NCBI GenBank assembly: GCA_963789265.1 | Contig: CAWBKB010000001.1 | Span: 736,001-800,000 of the forward strand | Source of the DNA: an uncultured delta proteobacterium | Lineage (GTDB): Bacteria > Desulfobacterota > Desulfomonilia > Desulfomonilales > Desulfomonilaceae | Direction of reading: 5' to 3' | Length of the DNA stretch: 64,000 nucleotides | In this document: piece after piece, positions 18,397-29,600 of the stretch | How the letters are laid out: every line of letters starts with the position of its first letter | Position numbering within the stretch: position 1 is the stretch's first letter | Notes under the pieces: generated by a model | What the model saw: only the letters and a program-made list of their open reading frames with translations | Databases searched by the model: none | What the model was told of the DNA's origin: nothing | Made by a program: the position numbers and the translations under genes

Positions 18397-21261
18397 ATGA
18401 GAAGAATTTTTGCAGTCATTGCGGTGTTATGTATGCCTATTGTCTTCTTGCCGGCTGTCGGGTCGGCCCAGTCCAGGGCAGACGCGATACGGCTCCACAA
18501 GGAAGCGGATGCCTTGAAACAAAAAGCCCGATCTTATTCAGACCTGAAACAGGCAGAACAGAAATACCTCCAGGCCATTGCAATTTATCAAAGGGTCGGG
18601 GAACGAAAAAATCTAGGAATCGCCTGCCAGAGTGTGGGGATTATCTATAGCGATTGGGGTCAGTACGCCAAGGCAGTGGAATTCTACGAGAAGTCTCTTG
18701 CTATCACGAGACAGATCGGACCCGCAAAGACTGAAGGGCAAATCCTGAACAACCTGGGACTTGTATATAAGGCTTGGGGTCAGTATGCCAAGGCCGTGGA
18801 ATTCTACGAGAAAGATTTGGCGATAGCCAGAAAGATCGGGGATGTAAAGGCGGAAGGGACCGTCCTGGGCAACCTGGGAATCGTATATGATGAACAGGGT
18901 CAGTATGCCAAGGCCGTGGAATTCTACGAGAAAGATTTGGCGATAGCCAGAAAGATCGGATACGTAAAGGGTGAAGGTTACACCCTGAACAACCTGGGGG
19001 TCATATATTGGTATCGGGGTCAGTATGCCAAGGCCGTGGAATTCTTCCAGAAAGACTTGGCCATATTCAGAAAGATCGGGGATGTGAAGGGTGAAGGGGC
19101 AACCCTGGGCAACCTGGGGGTCGTATATGGGGCTTGGGGCCACTATGCCAAGGAAGTGGAATTCTACGAGAAGTCTCTTGCTATCAGCCGAAGGATCGGC
19201 GACGTGAAGACTGAAGGCAAAACCCTGGGCAACCTGGGGCTCGTATATCAGGACTGGGGCGAGTACGACAAGGCTTTGACGAATTTTCAGAAGGTGCTGG
19301 CAATCTACCTCAAAATCGGAGTTCCGACCAAGTGGCCCAAGGAATCCATCGGCAATCTCTATCTGGACAGGGGTGAGATCGGAAAAGCCGAGCCGTTTAT
19401 TAAAGAAGCGAACTACACCAGGTCCCTGGGGAGGCTCAGCCTGCTCAAAGCGGATTACGGAAAGGCAAAAGAGTATTACGGGAAACTTCGTCAAGACGCT
19501 GAGAAGAATCAGGATTCAGCGGATCTCTTCACATCTTATACCGGCCTGGGAATGACATACGAGAAGATGGAAGACAACCCTGCGGCCGCAGACTATTTCC
19601 GCAAAGCCATTGATCGTACGGAAGACCTGCGTGCCGGTCTGAATCCTGCCGAGAAAGCGGAGTTCTACAATGTCAGAGTCGGCGGCTTTTACAGGACCGC
19701 TCCTTATGAGGGGCTTGCGCGAGTACTGGTTAAACTGAACAAGCCCCTGGATGCCTTAAAGGAATCCGAGTATACCAGAGCCCGTATGTTTGCGGAACGC
19801 ATCTCGAAGAGAGCGGAAGGGTCTGCTCCGCACATTCCACAGGACGTGCTGGAAAAAGATTCACAACTCAATGATCAGCTCGCAGGACTAAGTAAGAACA
19901 TCCAGAAAGCGTACGAGAAGCAAAACAAAGAGGTCATAGCCGCACTTGAGCCCCAGATGAAGACGGCAAAAGAAAACCTTGCCGCGCATATTGACATGCT
20001 CCGCAAACAGTATCCGCTCTTTGCCGCGACCAAGTACCCGCAACCAATGGGGCTGGATCAATCTGCCCTGAAAGATAACGAATGGGTACTGGCGTACCAG
20101 GTCACGGATCCGGGAATCATCATCTACCTCACCAGAGGGAAACATCTCGTTAAGGGACTGTTCAAACCCACTCCGAGAAAACAAGTGGATGAACTGGTCA
20201 GAAAGTTCCGTCAGCCGATGGAACTGGGGCCTGACGATGACCTCAAACAAAAGTTGGCGGTGTTTGATTTTCAATCCGGCAAGCGACTGTCAGACCTCCT
20301 TCTTGCCGACATCCTTCCGGATCTTCCCAAGAATACTCCGGTAATCATCGTCCCTGACGGTTCGCTCGGAGTAGTCCCGTTCGAGATGCTGGTCTTAAAC
20401 GATGGCGGAAGGGTAGTTACGAACGGCAATAGACCTCAAACCTCCGGTGCCGAATTCTTCGGAGATCGCAATCCCATTTCTTATTACCAGTCAATCACGG
20501 CATTGACTCTGGCAAGAACCCTAGGGAAGCAGGAGAAGCCCGGGCAGAAACTATTAGCAATGGTTGACCCTGTTTTCTCTTCCGACGATCCTCGGCTGGT
20601 GAAACTTGCCAAACAGGAGAAGGACAAGCTTTTGGCCACTCTTCCAAAAGACCTTACCATGTCTATCGAGACTGAGAGCGGCCTTACTTTTCATAGGCTT
20701 CCGCTCACCGCTGAACTTGGCGAGTCCCTGAAGAAATCCGACCCTTCCAGGACCGATCTGTACGAAGGGATGACCGCCAAAAAGTCGGTCCTCCTCGGGA
20801 AAGACCTTACTCCGTACCGCTCCTTGGTGTTCGGCACACATGGGTATGCCGGGGAGGATCTTCCTGGAATACAAGAGCCCGTGCTGGTACTGAGCCTTGT
20901 TGGTGAACCCAAGGGTCACGACGGATTCCTGAGACTGAGCGAAGTCATGGGCTTGAAGCTCAACTGCGACGTAGCCGCGCTGACCGCGTGCCAGAGCGGC
21001 CTTGGGCGGCAAATCTCGGGTGAAGGCACAATGGGAATGGGAAGGGCCTTTCAGTACGCAGGAGCAAAAAGTGTATTGATGAGTCTGTGGTCTGTGAGTG
21101 AAACGGCGTCCGTGAATCTCGTGGAGAGTTTCTTCAAACATTTGAAGGAAGGGAAAAACAAACTCGAAGCGCTACGACTTGCCAGGCAAGAAATACGGAA
21201 GGCAGGATACGATCATCCCTTTTATTGGGCACCATTCATCTTGGTGGGTGAAGTGAACTGA
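18397..21261 (+). CDS. Secreted TPR-repeat CHAT-domain (caspase-like) protease
   Basis: Signal peptide; 40-aa TPR repeats; CHAT motifs IVPDG.L..PFE.L, FGTHG (His), LTACQSG (Cys), SLWSV, HPFYWAPF. Confidence 0.92.
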   Translation: MRRIFAVIAVLCMPIVFLPAVGSAQSRADAIRLHKEADALKQKARSYSDLKQAEQKYLQAIAIYQRVGERKNLGIACQSVGIIYSDWGQYAKAVEFYEKSLAITRQIGPAKTEGQILNNLGLVYKAWGQYAKAVEFYEKDLAIARKIGDVKAEGTVLGNLGIVYDEQGQYAKAVEFYEKDLAIARKIGYVKGEGYTLNNLGVIYWYRGQYAKAVEFFQKDLAIFRKIGDVKGEGATLGNLGVVYGAWGHYAKEVEFYEKSLAISRRIGDVKTEGKTLGNLGLVYQDWGEYDKALTNFQKVLAIYLKIGVPTKWPKESIGNLYLDRGEIGKAEPFIKEANYTRSLGRLSLLKADYGKAKEYYGKLRQDAEKNQDSADLFTSYTGLGMTYEKMEDNPAAADYFRKAIDRTEDLRAGLNPAEKAEFYNVRVGGFYRTAPYEGLARVLVKLNKPLDALKESEYTRARMFAERISKRAEGSAPHIPQDVLEKDSQLNDQLAGLSKNIQKAYEKQNKEVIAALEPQMKTAKENLAAHIDMLRKQYPLFAATKYPQPMGLDQSALKDNEWVLAYQVTDPGIIIYLTRGKHLVKGLFKPTPRKQVDELVRKFRQPMELGPDDDLKQKLAVFDFQSGKRLSDLLLADILPDLPKNTPVIIVPDGSLGVVPFEMLVLNDGGRVVTNGNRPQTSGAEFFGDRNPISYYQSITALTLARTLGKQEKPGQKLLAMVDPVFSSDDPRLVKLAKQEKDKLLATLPKDLTMSIETESGLTFHRLPLTAELGESLKKSDPSRTDLYEGMTAKKSVLLGKDLTPYRSLVFGTHGYAGEDLPGIQEPVLVLSLVGEPKGHDGFLRLSEVMGLKLNCDVAALTACQSGLGRQISGEGTMGMGRAFQYAGAKSVLMSLWSVSETASVNLVESFFKHLKEGKNKLEALRLARQEIRKAGYDHPFYWAPFILVGEVN
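18655..19320 (+). repeat. Tandem 120-bp intragenic repeats (5 full plus 1 partial)
   Basis: Units in register at 18661, 18781, 18901, 19021, 19141, 19261; 18781-18840 and 18901-18960 match at 59/60. Confidence 0.95.
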
Positions 21262-21337
21262 GAGAAGAGAAACTCAACCACAGAGACACAGAGCACACAG
21301 AGAAAACCGTCAGATGGTACGGCGCGGGTTTCGAACC

Positions 21338-21511
21338 CAATGCTGTTGACTTAAGGGACCTCCGTCTACCCCACCGTCACCCCGGCGAAGGCCGGGGTCC
21401 AGGGGAGATTAGGAAAACCTGGATTCCGGCCTCCGCCGGAATGACGAGGTGAAGGCCCGTCGAAGGAAAAGCTCCTGGACAAGAGGCATGCGGCTTAAGT
21501 CAACAGCATTG
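21338..21511. mobile_element. MITE family B, copy 2, inserted inside a REP
   Basis: Same TIR; TSD ggtttcgaacc/ggtttcaaacc; nearly identical to 17616-17790. Confidence 0.85.
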
Positions 21512-21664
21512 GGTTTCAAACCCGCCCATACATGCCGTCATGCCCCATACGGGGGAACCAATTGTAGAGGCAGACCCATGTGTCTGCCTTGGGCGGACAC
21601 GCGGGTCCGCCCCTACCAGGAACACGGTGTCTCTGTCGAGATCGTGACACGAAAGTTGCTATAG

Positions 21665-21765
21665 TTCTGGTTCCCAGGCTCTGCCCGCAAACTGGATTCA
21701 TTTCACTATCATAGTCGAGGCAGAGCCTGGCGACAGGCATTCCTAGGCAGAGCCTGGGAACGAGA
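21665..21765. repeat. CTGGTTCCCAGGCTCTGCC...GGCAGAGCCTGGGAACGAG palindromic repeat
   Basis: Second copy at about 26511-26642. Confidence 0.75.
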
Positions 21766-21825
21766 AAAAAGACTAATTTGACGCCCAGAATCGTGCCACA
21801 ATTAAGCCTGGTCAGCATTTTAGGT

Positions 21826-21921
21826 GCCCTCACCCCAGCCCTCTCCCAGAGGGAGAGGGAGCTGATCCAAGGTCTCTATTAGCGTCCCCTCGCCCTTTGG
21901 GAGAGGGTCAAGGTGAGGGGA
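21826..21921. repeat. CCCTCACCC..CCCTCTCCC..GGGAGAGGG inverted REP-like pair
   Basis: Two inverted hairpin units. Confidence 0.7.
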
Positions 21922-22118
21922 TTTCGTGTTACGATTGCGTCCAGTTCAAGAGTTTTGAAACAGTTTCTCCCTGCCGACGTTTCGCAAACAACCCCGCGTT
22001 CCGCGGGGAGGCCGGTCTGACTGGCAACCGGCAAGATGCCGGTCCTACTGTCCCGCTAAACGCGGGAATGACGGCTGTGGTACCAGAATACGAGACCGGA
22101 TTTGCTTGAAAGTAGTAC

Positions 22119-22313
22119 TAATACCGATTCGCTTTCAAACAAGTGACATCGTGTTTTTAGTGGGACAGGCATCTTGCCTGTCGTCATGCCCGCGTACGCG
22201 GGCATCCAGACTGGACCCCGGATCGAAGTCCGGGGTGACCAATGGCAGGCAGGATGCCTGCCCCACCATATCCTCGCGGGGATTGTCACTTGTTTCATGG
22301 CGCACTGGCATAA
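22119..22313. mobile_element. MITE family A, copy 3
   Basis: Shared ends; interior close to copy 1. Confidence 0.8.
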
Positions 22314-22355
22314 GTAATTTCCCCGCGTCTTCTTCCTTGTTTCACGAGACCGGTA

Positions 22356-24948
22356 TCAGGTATTCTTCAGCTCTTCTGCATCAATTGGTAGCCGACGGAT
22401 GCGTTTACCCGTAAGGGCGAAGATGGCATTCCCAACTGCCGGGGCGATAGGCGGTACGCCGGGTTCTCCCACGCCTGTCGGCGGTTCTTGGCTCGTTACA
22501 ATATGAACGTCGACTTCAGGCATTTGGTCCAGGCTCAACATTGGATAGTCGTCGAAATTGCTCTGCTGAATCCTGCCGTCCTTCAAGGTTATAGCATCGT
22601 GCAGGGCCGCAGTCAGACCGAAGACGATTCCGCCTTCTATTTGCGCCTTGACAATATCCGGGTTGACCACTTTGCCGCAGTCCACCACGGCCACTACCCT
22701 GTGGACGCGCACTGCTCCATTCCGGCCGACCGATGACTCCGCCACGCAGGCGACGAAGCTTCCGAATGATTTGTGCAGGGCTATGCCCCGGCCGCGATCT
22801 TCAGGCAGTGCCGAGCCCCAGTCGGCCTCCTCTGCGGCCAGGTTCAAGACAGCTCGATTCCGCGGGTGATTTGCGAGAAGCGTGCGCCGGAAATCATAAG
22901 GATCTTTCCCCGCCGTGTGCGCGAGCTCATCCATGAAGCTCTCAACTACGAAGGCAGTGTGAGAATGGCCGACCGAGCGCCACCACTGCACCGGCACTCC
23001 AATCTTAGGACTGTGCAGGTCAACGAGCATGTTGGGGATCTCGTACGGCATGTCGTAAGCTCCTTCAACCGATGTCACATCTATACCGTCCTGCAACATG
23101 GCCCCTTCAAAAGGCGTTCCGACAATTATTGATTGGCCGACGATTGTGTGATGCCACGCAACGGGGGCTCCGTTTGCATCGAGTCCGGCGGAAATTCGAT
23201 CGTACCACATCGGGCGATACCAGCCGCCTTTCATGTCATCTTCACGAGTCCATATCACTTTGACTGCTTCTTTGGCTGCCTTGGCCACATGCACAGCTTG
23301 GACTACGAAATCGGACTTGGGATTGGCGCGGCGCCCAAAGCCGCCTCCAAGCAGGGTGGTATGAACCTTGACCTGTTCCGGCTTGAGTCCCGCAACTTGC
23401 GCCGCTGCGCTTCGATCCACAGTTTGGAACTGAGTTCCCGTCCAAATTTCGCAACTGTTATCCCGCAGATCAACCACACAATTCAGAGGCTCCATAGGGG
23501 CGTGCGCCAGGTACGGGACCTCATATTCCGCGCTGATTTTCTTAGCCGCTTTCGACAGGGCTTGTGAGGTGTCGCCCTCTTTCTTCGCTACTGTTCCGGG
23601 AGTTTGGGCCATCTTCGCGTACTGCTCTCGCATGCTCTCAGTGGAAAGCTGCGCGTTGGGCCCTTCGTCCCAGACGATCTCGAGAGCATCCCGGCCGACC
23701 GTCGCCGGCCAAAAGCCTGTTGCGACAACCGCAACGCCGGTGGGTACTTGAACTACGTCTTTCACCCCGGGAACGGCCCTGGCCTTATCGGCATTGAAGC
23801 TCGCAACTTCTCCTTCGAAAACCGGGGCACGGGCCACCACTGCGGTGAGCATGTCGGGGATATTGATGTCTATTCCGAAGACCCCCGTCCCGTTCGTCTT
23901 TTCAGGAGTGTCCAGACGTTTGACCGGCTTGCCGATGACCTTGAATTCGGATGAGTCTTTTAGCGGAACTTCTTTAGGCTGAGGCATGTTCGCGGCTCTG
24001 GCGGCCAATTGACCGTAGGTCAGACTTTTGCCGCTCGAATGGATTACCTTGCCCTCTTCAGCGCGGCAGCTTGTTTTATCTACGTTCCACACATCGGCGG
24101 CTGCGGCAATGAGCATTTCCCGAGCGCTCGCACCGACTCGACGCGATCTCTCCCACTCGCTCGGCACACTCGTACTGCCGCCTGTGCCCTGAATACCCCA
24201 TTCGGGATGGTTGTACGCCGGATCTACGGGTGCGGCTTTTACTACGATTTTCTTCCAATCACACTCCAATTCCTCAGCCACGAGCATTGGCAGGGAAGTG
24301 TAAACTCCTTGCCCCATTTCCGAATGATTGGCGACAATAGTTACCGTTTCGTCGGCTGCGATGCGAATAAACGCGTTTAGGGACGATCCTCCCGAGTTTC
24401 CGGCCAATTGACTCGACGAACGCGGGGTGCTCGAGTAGGCGGCAGGCATTGCGCCTTGGCCCACGCTCATCTGTGACGCCCGATGTATCGCGCGGCGAAT
24501 TCGCTGATATGTTCCGCATCGGCAAATGCTGTGAGACATTGCGCGGTCGATATCTTCATCTGTGGGGTCCGGTTTTGCGGTCAAGAGAGCCGCGGCAGTC
24601 ATAATTTGGCCTGAATGACAGTAACCACACTGTGGCACTTGCTCCTCGATCCACGCCATCTGCACGGGGTGGTTTCCATCGGCGGAGAGCCCTTCGATTG
24701 TCACGATCTCTTTGCCCATCACCTTTGAAACAGGAGTACCGACAGGACCGGACGGGTTTTCCATCCACATGCACTGTACAGGCTCCGCAAATCGCCTTGC
24801 CGCAACCGTACTTCGTGCCGGTGAGACCAAGGTTTTCTCGAATTACCCACAAAAGTGGGGTTTCGGGCTGGACAGCCACTACATACTCTCTGCGGTTGAC
24901 GTTGAGCTTCACCTGCTGGAAGCTTTCCTCATCGATTTTCTCTGACAT
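22356..24948 (-). CDS. Isoquinoline 1-oxidoreductase-like fused [2Fe-2S] + molybdopterin protein, apparent frameshift at about 24740
   Basis: GTKYGCG..CGAC in one frame; QCGYC and CRCG continue in frame into EMGQG, GGGFGRR, GVGEPG of the Mo subunit. Confidence 0.88.
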
Positions 24949-25017
24949 AGATTCCCCCTTGATCTGCTGCCGGACGGTAAAATAATTTGGAATTGTTCAC
25001 TTGCCAAAGAACACCAC

Positions 25018-25100
25018 TGTCATTGCGAGGGCGTAAGCCCGTGGCAATCTCAGAATCAGCAGAAATAGATTGCTTCGTCGTACTACTCCTCGCAATGACA
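25018..25100. repeat. TGTCATTGCGAG-family palindromic element
   Basis: Related to 15695-15767. Confidence 0.75.
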
Positions 25101-25287
25101 CTATCTCGTAACCTGGCTCTTGGGCAACGGTAGCATTTCGAAATAATTTGGCTAATTCAGAGCTTTGAGTGACACAAATTGCCCTGAGTCTTTCAGGAAT
25201 TTCATTACGATTTATCAGCACAAGAAATTATGCGCAGCCCTACTAACATATTGGACAAGACACACCAATCAATAAAATGTTGCCTAT

Positions 25288-26330
25288 TCAGCCCTTGGGC
25301 GGGTAAGCCGCTTCGGAGGGAATCACTTCAATTTCTTCTTTATTTGCTCGGCGCAGGATCGCGATTTTTACCGGTTGACCCACCGGCCATTCAGTCAGAA
25401 AGCGATGTAGATCATCCAGTGTGCCGACAGGCTTGTCAGCTATTGCGACGATGATATCACCATCACGCATTCCTGCACGATCCGCGGGACCGTTCGGATA
25501 TACCCTGATTATCTCAACAGCGTGCTCAACCGGGAGATTATGCAAACGCACGATGCGCCGATCCAGCCGACGTATGCCTGCTACAAGTCCGAGATAGCCG
25601 CGTTTGACACGCCCCTGAGTTATTAACTGAGGTACAATCCAATTTGCCGTATTGGAGGGGATGGCGAAGCCAATTCCTTGGGCCATTGCTATTATAGCGG
25701 TATTGATGCCGACCAGATGACCTCGGGAATCAACCAGGGGGCCGCCCGAGTTGCCCGGATTGAGAGGCGCGGTATGTTGAATAATGTTCTCGATCAACCG
25801 ACCGTCTCGGCTCCGAAGCGCTCGGCCGACCGCGCTTACCACACCGATTGATACAGTCGAGTCGAACCCCAAAGGATTTCCGATAGCAATCACGAGTTGA
25901 CCGGCTCTAAGCTTGCCCGAATCGCCCATAGCAGCATAAGGCAACCCTGACCCGTCCACGCGAATTACTGCGAGGTCGGTCGGAGGATCCTCGCCCACAA
26001 GTGTGGCGTGACGGGTTATCCCGTCATTGAACTTCACTTCCACCGTTTCCGCACCGGAGACAACATGGCTATTAGTAAGGACGTAGCCGTCCGGTGCGAT
26101 TACAACACCCGAACCGGTCCCGCCCATTGGAAAAGCCTGTCGCTCATCGCTGGACTTGATCCGGACTCCGATGCTGGTGGCGCAACAGCTTCCACCACCG
26201 TCTCAACTGCCCTGGAATATGCATCAAGCAACTCTACATCTGATGCCTTTGCATCCCGCACTCGGCAACGACGATCCTTCAGTGCCGAGTTGTCATCATG
26301 GTCCGGTCCGATTTTGGATTGTTCAGACAC
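25288..26330 (-). CDS. S1C (HtrA/DegP-like) serine protease with PDZ, apparent frameshift at about 26180
   Basis: LTNSHV, DLAV, NPGNSGGP, PDZ; N-terminal LLDAYSRAV in the adjacent frame. Confidence 0.88.
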
Positions 26331-26404
26331 CTTTCTATCCTTGGCTTAGCGATCTGTTTCTTAAATTCAGTCACGTATGCTGATTTACCTATGCCTGTAG
26401 CCGG

Positions 26405-26642
26405 AACCCTCTTCCGGTAGGACCGGCCTCTGTGCCGGTCGCTTATGATTCGCCGGCAGGGACGCCGGCGCTACCGTGCAAGTGGCACCGTACTTGTGAA
26501 ACGCAGTACTTTTCTGGTTCCCACGCTCTGCCTGGGAACCCATATCTCGCGGGCTCTGCCCGCAAACTGTTTTTCATTTCACCGTAATAGACGAGGCAGA
26601 GCCTCGTCAGCAGGCATTCCCAGGCAGAGCCTGGGAACGAGA
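26405..26642. repeat. Cluster of REP-like palindromes between RND gene and protease
   Basis: GGTAGGACCGGC..GCCGGTC / GCCGGC..GCCGGCGCTACC pair plus copy of the 21665 family. Confidence 0.65.
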
Positions 26643-26656
26643 CAACAGAGATGTTC

Positions 26657-29600
26657 TCATGCAGTATCACTCTTTCTCTCTCTTGCCCTGCGAGGCGCCA
26701 CAACGACTACCCCCCCGCTGGACGGGGCGGGTAAATGGCCCGAATGGAAAAATGATGTACGGTTGAGGACTTTCTCCTGAAACTCCTCGAGGTACAAATA
26801 GATCACCGGGGTGATGTAAAGGGTGATGAACTGGGATACCACCAGCCCGCCGACAACCACAAGTCCTAGAGGCCGGCGAGAGGCTGCATCGGCCCCGAAT
26901 CCCACCGCGATGGGCAAAGCACCGATGACCGCAGCCATGGTTGTCATCATGATGGGCCGGAATCGGTCCATGCTCGCGTCGTGAATCGCTTGTTCGGCTG
27001 ATTCACCCGCCTCCACCCGCTGTCGAGCGAAGTCTACTATCATGATCCCATTCTTCTTTACGATCCCCATCAGCATGAACAGGCCGACGAACGCATAGAG
27101 CGAAGCTTGTTCACGGAACAAAAGGAGTGTCAACAATCCTCCTACCATGGCCGTAGGAAGAGTAGAGAGCACCGTGAGCGGGTGAACATAACTCTCGTAC
27201 AGTATGGCCAGGATCACGTACATGACGAACACGGCCAATGCCATTAGGATGGTCAAATCACTTACGGCTTCCTGGAACGTCAGGGCTTCTCCCTGCAGAT
27301 TGGCACGCATGGTTGAAGGGACCACTTCCTCTGCAGCGCGCTTGATAAAGTCGGTGGCATCGCCCATTGCCACCCCGGGCTTCAAGTTAAAGTAAAATGT
27401 CACGCTCGGGAACTGATTCAGGTGATTTACGCTCTGAGGACCAAGCGTAGTCTTCCACGTGACCAGAGCGTCGAGGGGCACCAGGTTTCTTCCATCATCG
27501 GATTTTATATACAAGAGCGAGAGGTCCTGGGGCTTGGAGCGTTCAGCATCCGCCGCCTCCAGAATAACCTGGTATTGATCTTCAGGTTTTTTGATCAAGT
27601 AGAGGTAATTCTGCGCGTACGCGTTCTTCAGAAGAGTCAAGATCCGCGTCTCCGAAACCCCATAAATCTTGGCCTGGTCTCGGCGAATTTCTATGTTCAG
27701 GTTCGGGGTGTTGTGGAAGTAGTCCGACGAGACCGTTGCGAATCCAGGATATCCTCTAAGCTTGCCCATGAGTTTTTCCGACACCGCGTAGACTTGCTTT
27801 GGATTCACGCCGGAGATGGAGAAAGCATACTGCCCTTGATTGCGGTTAGTAGCCCCTGTGCTGATCTCCAACACCGGAAAGGGCCGCAAAAACGGAAAAA
27901 GCCCGGGAATGGCGGCCAGCCTGCCCATTAATCGCCCCGAAACGTTTTGAATGGGTGCACGTTCCCCGGGGGGCTTCAGGAAACAGAGCAGCAATCCCTG
28001 GTTGGAGGACAAAAACGAACTGTTCCCCGTCATCGTAAAGGTGGCTTTAACACCGGGGTCCTGTCTGATCAGCTCGTCGGCCTTGTCCTGGAGGCCCCGC
28101 ATCTGTTCGGGAGAGGAACCTTCCCGGGCTATCATGACACCCCAGATGAAGCTGCTGTCCCCCACGGGAAGGAAGGTCTTCGGAATCAGCATGAACAGCC
28201 CAACCGTACCAACAAGGCAGACTATCCACAACAGCGCCGAGATCCATCGACGTCTCAAAAACCACCAGAGCGACGCGCCGTAAGCTGCAAGCACACGTCT
28301 TTCCGCTCCACCGATAACGCGTTCCATCCATGTCTGCTTTGATCCGGGACCTCGGTCGCCAAGCAGTCGTGCGCACATGAGGGGAGTCAGTGTCAACGAC
28401 ACAATGCCTGAAGCGAAGATCGCGACCACGATGGTAATGGCGAATTCCCGAAAGATGCGGCCCATCAGTCCGGACATGAAGACCAGCGGGATAAATACTG
28501 CCGCGAGAGAAATGGTCATAGAAAGGATGGTGAAGCTGATTTCCAAGGCGCTATTGATGGCCGCCTGGAGAGCTTTCTCTCCGTGCTCCATCCGGCGCAC
28601 GGTGTTTTCAAGGAACACGATCGCGTCGTCAACAAGGAAGCCGATAGCGAGTGTGAGCGCCATGAGCGAGAGGTTGTCGAGGCTGTATCCCAGCACCCAC
28701 ATTGCCACGAATGTGAGCAGCAGTGATAAAGGGAGCGCCACGACCGGGATCAGGGTGTCGGTTGCCCGCCCGAGAAATAGGAAGATAACTATTACCACCA
28801 GGGTAAATGCTATGACGAGAGTCAATTGCACATCATCCACAGAATTTACGATGGTCTGCGAACGGTCATAAATCGTCGTGAGACGAACGGATGGCGGAAG
28901 TTCCGCGCTGATCCCCGGCAGCAAGTCACGGACGCTCTTTGCCACCGCAACTGCATTGGATCCGGCCTGGCGGAAGACGGCGACGACGACGGTGGCGGAC
29001 GGGACAGAGTAACCTCTGAGCCAAAAACGCATGTTGATCCGCTCGTCCTGGACCGAGTCAACGACTTTGGCCACATCGCGCAGGTACACCGGTGCCCCGT
29101 TTTTAGTGGCAACTATAAGATTGCCGTACGCTTTGGCGTTTTCCAGTTGGCCTTGCGGGTTAAGCAGTGCCGTACCCGAGGCACTATCGAATTGCCCCGC
29201 GCCTAGGTAACTAGTGCCGTTTTTAATGGCAGCGGCCAAGTCATCCATAGTTATGCCGCGAGCCCACATTCTGGACGGGTCAGCCTTGATACGAATGGCA
29301 GACTTCGTGCCATAGACATTTACACGGCTCACGCCAGGCAAAATGCTGATCCTCTCCCCTACCTGGGTGTTCGCATAGTCATATATCTTGCCCCGGGTTA
29401 CTGAATCGCTGGTCAGTGCGATGTACAAGATCGGCTGATCGTTAGGGTTGGTTTTGGAATAAGTCGGAGGGGAGGGGAGATCGACCGGCAGGCTACCGCT
29501 GGCCTGCGTGATCGCACTCTGCACGTCCGTGGCGGCAGCGTCGATGCTCTTTTCCAGGACGAATTGTAGCGTCAGGGTAGTATGCCCCTGGGTGCTCTTG

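Noticed and set aside
18655..19320. CRISPR array or DGR template/variable repeat
   Set aside because: Units are 120-bp in-frame TPR codons; no cas or reverse transcriptase gene, and differences are not confined to adenines
18613..19494. 293-aa repetitive antisense ORF
   Set aside because: Reverse-strand shadow of the TPR repeats
17616..21511. Composite transposon of two MITE-B copies around the CHAT gene
   Set aside because: Each copy has its own different TSD, indicating independent insertions
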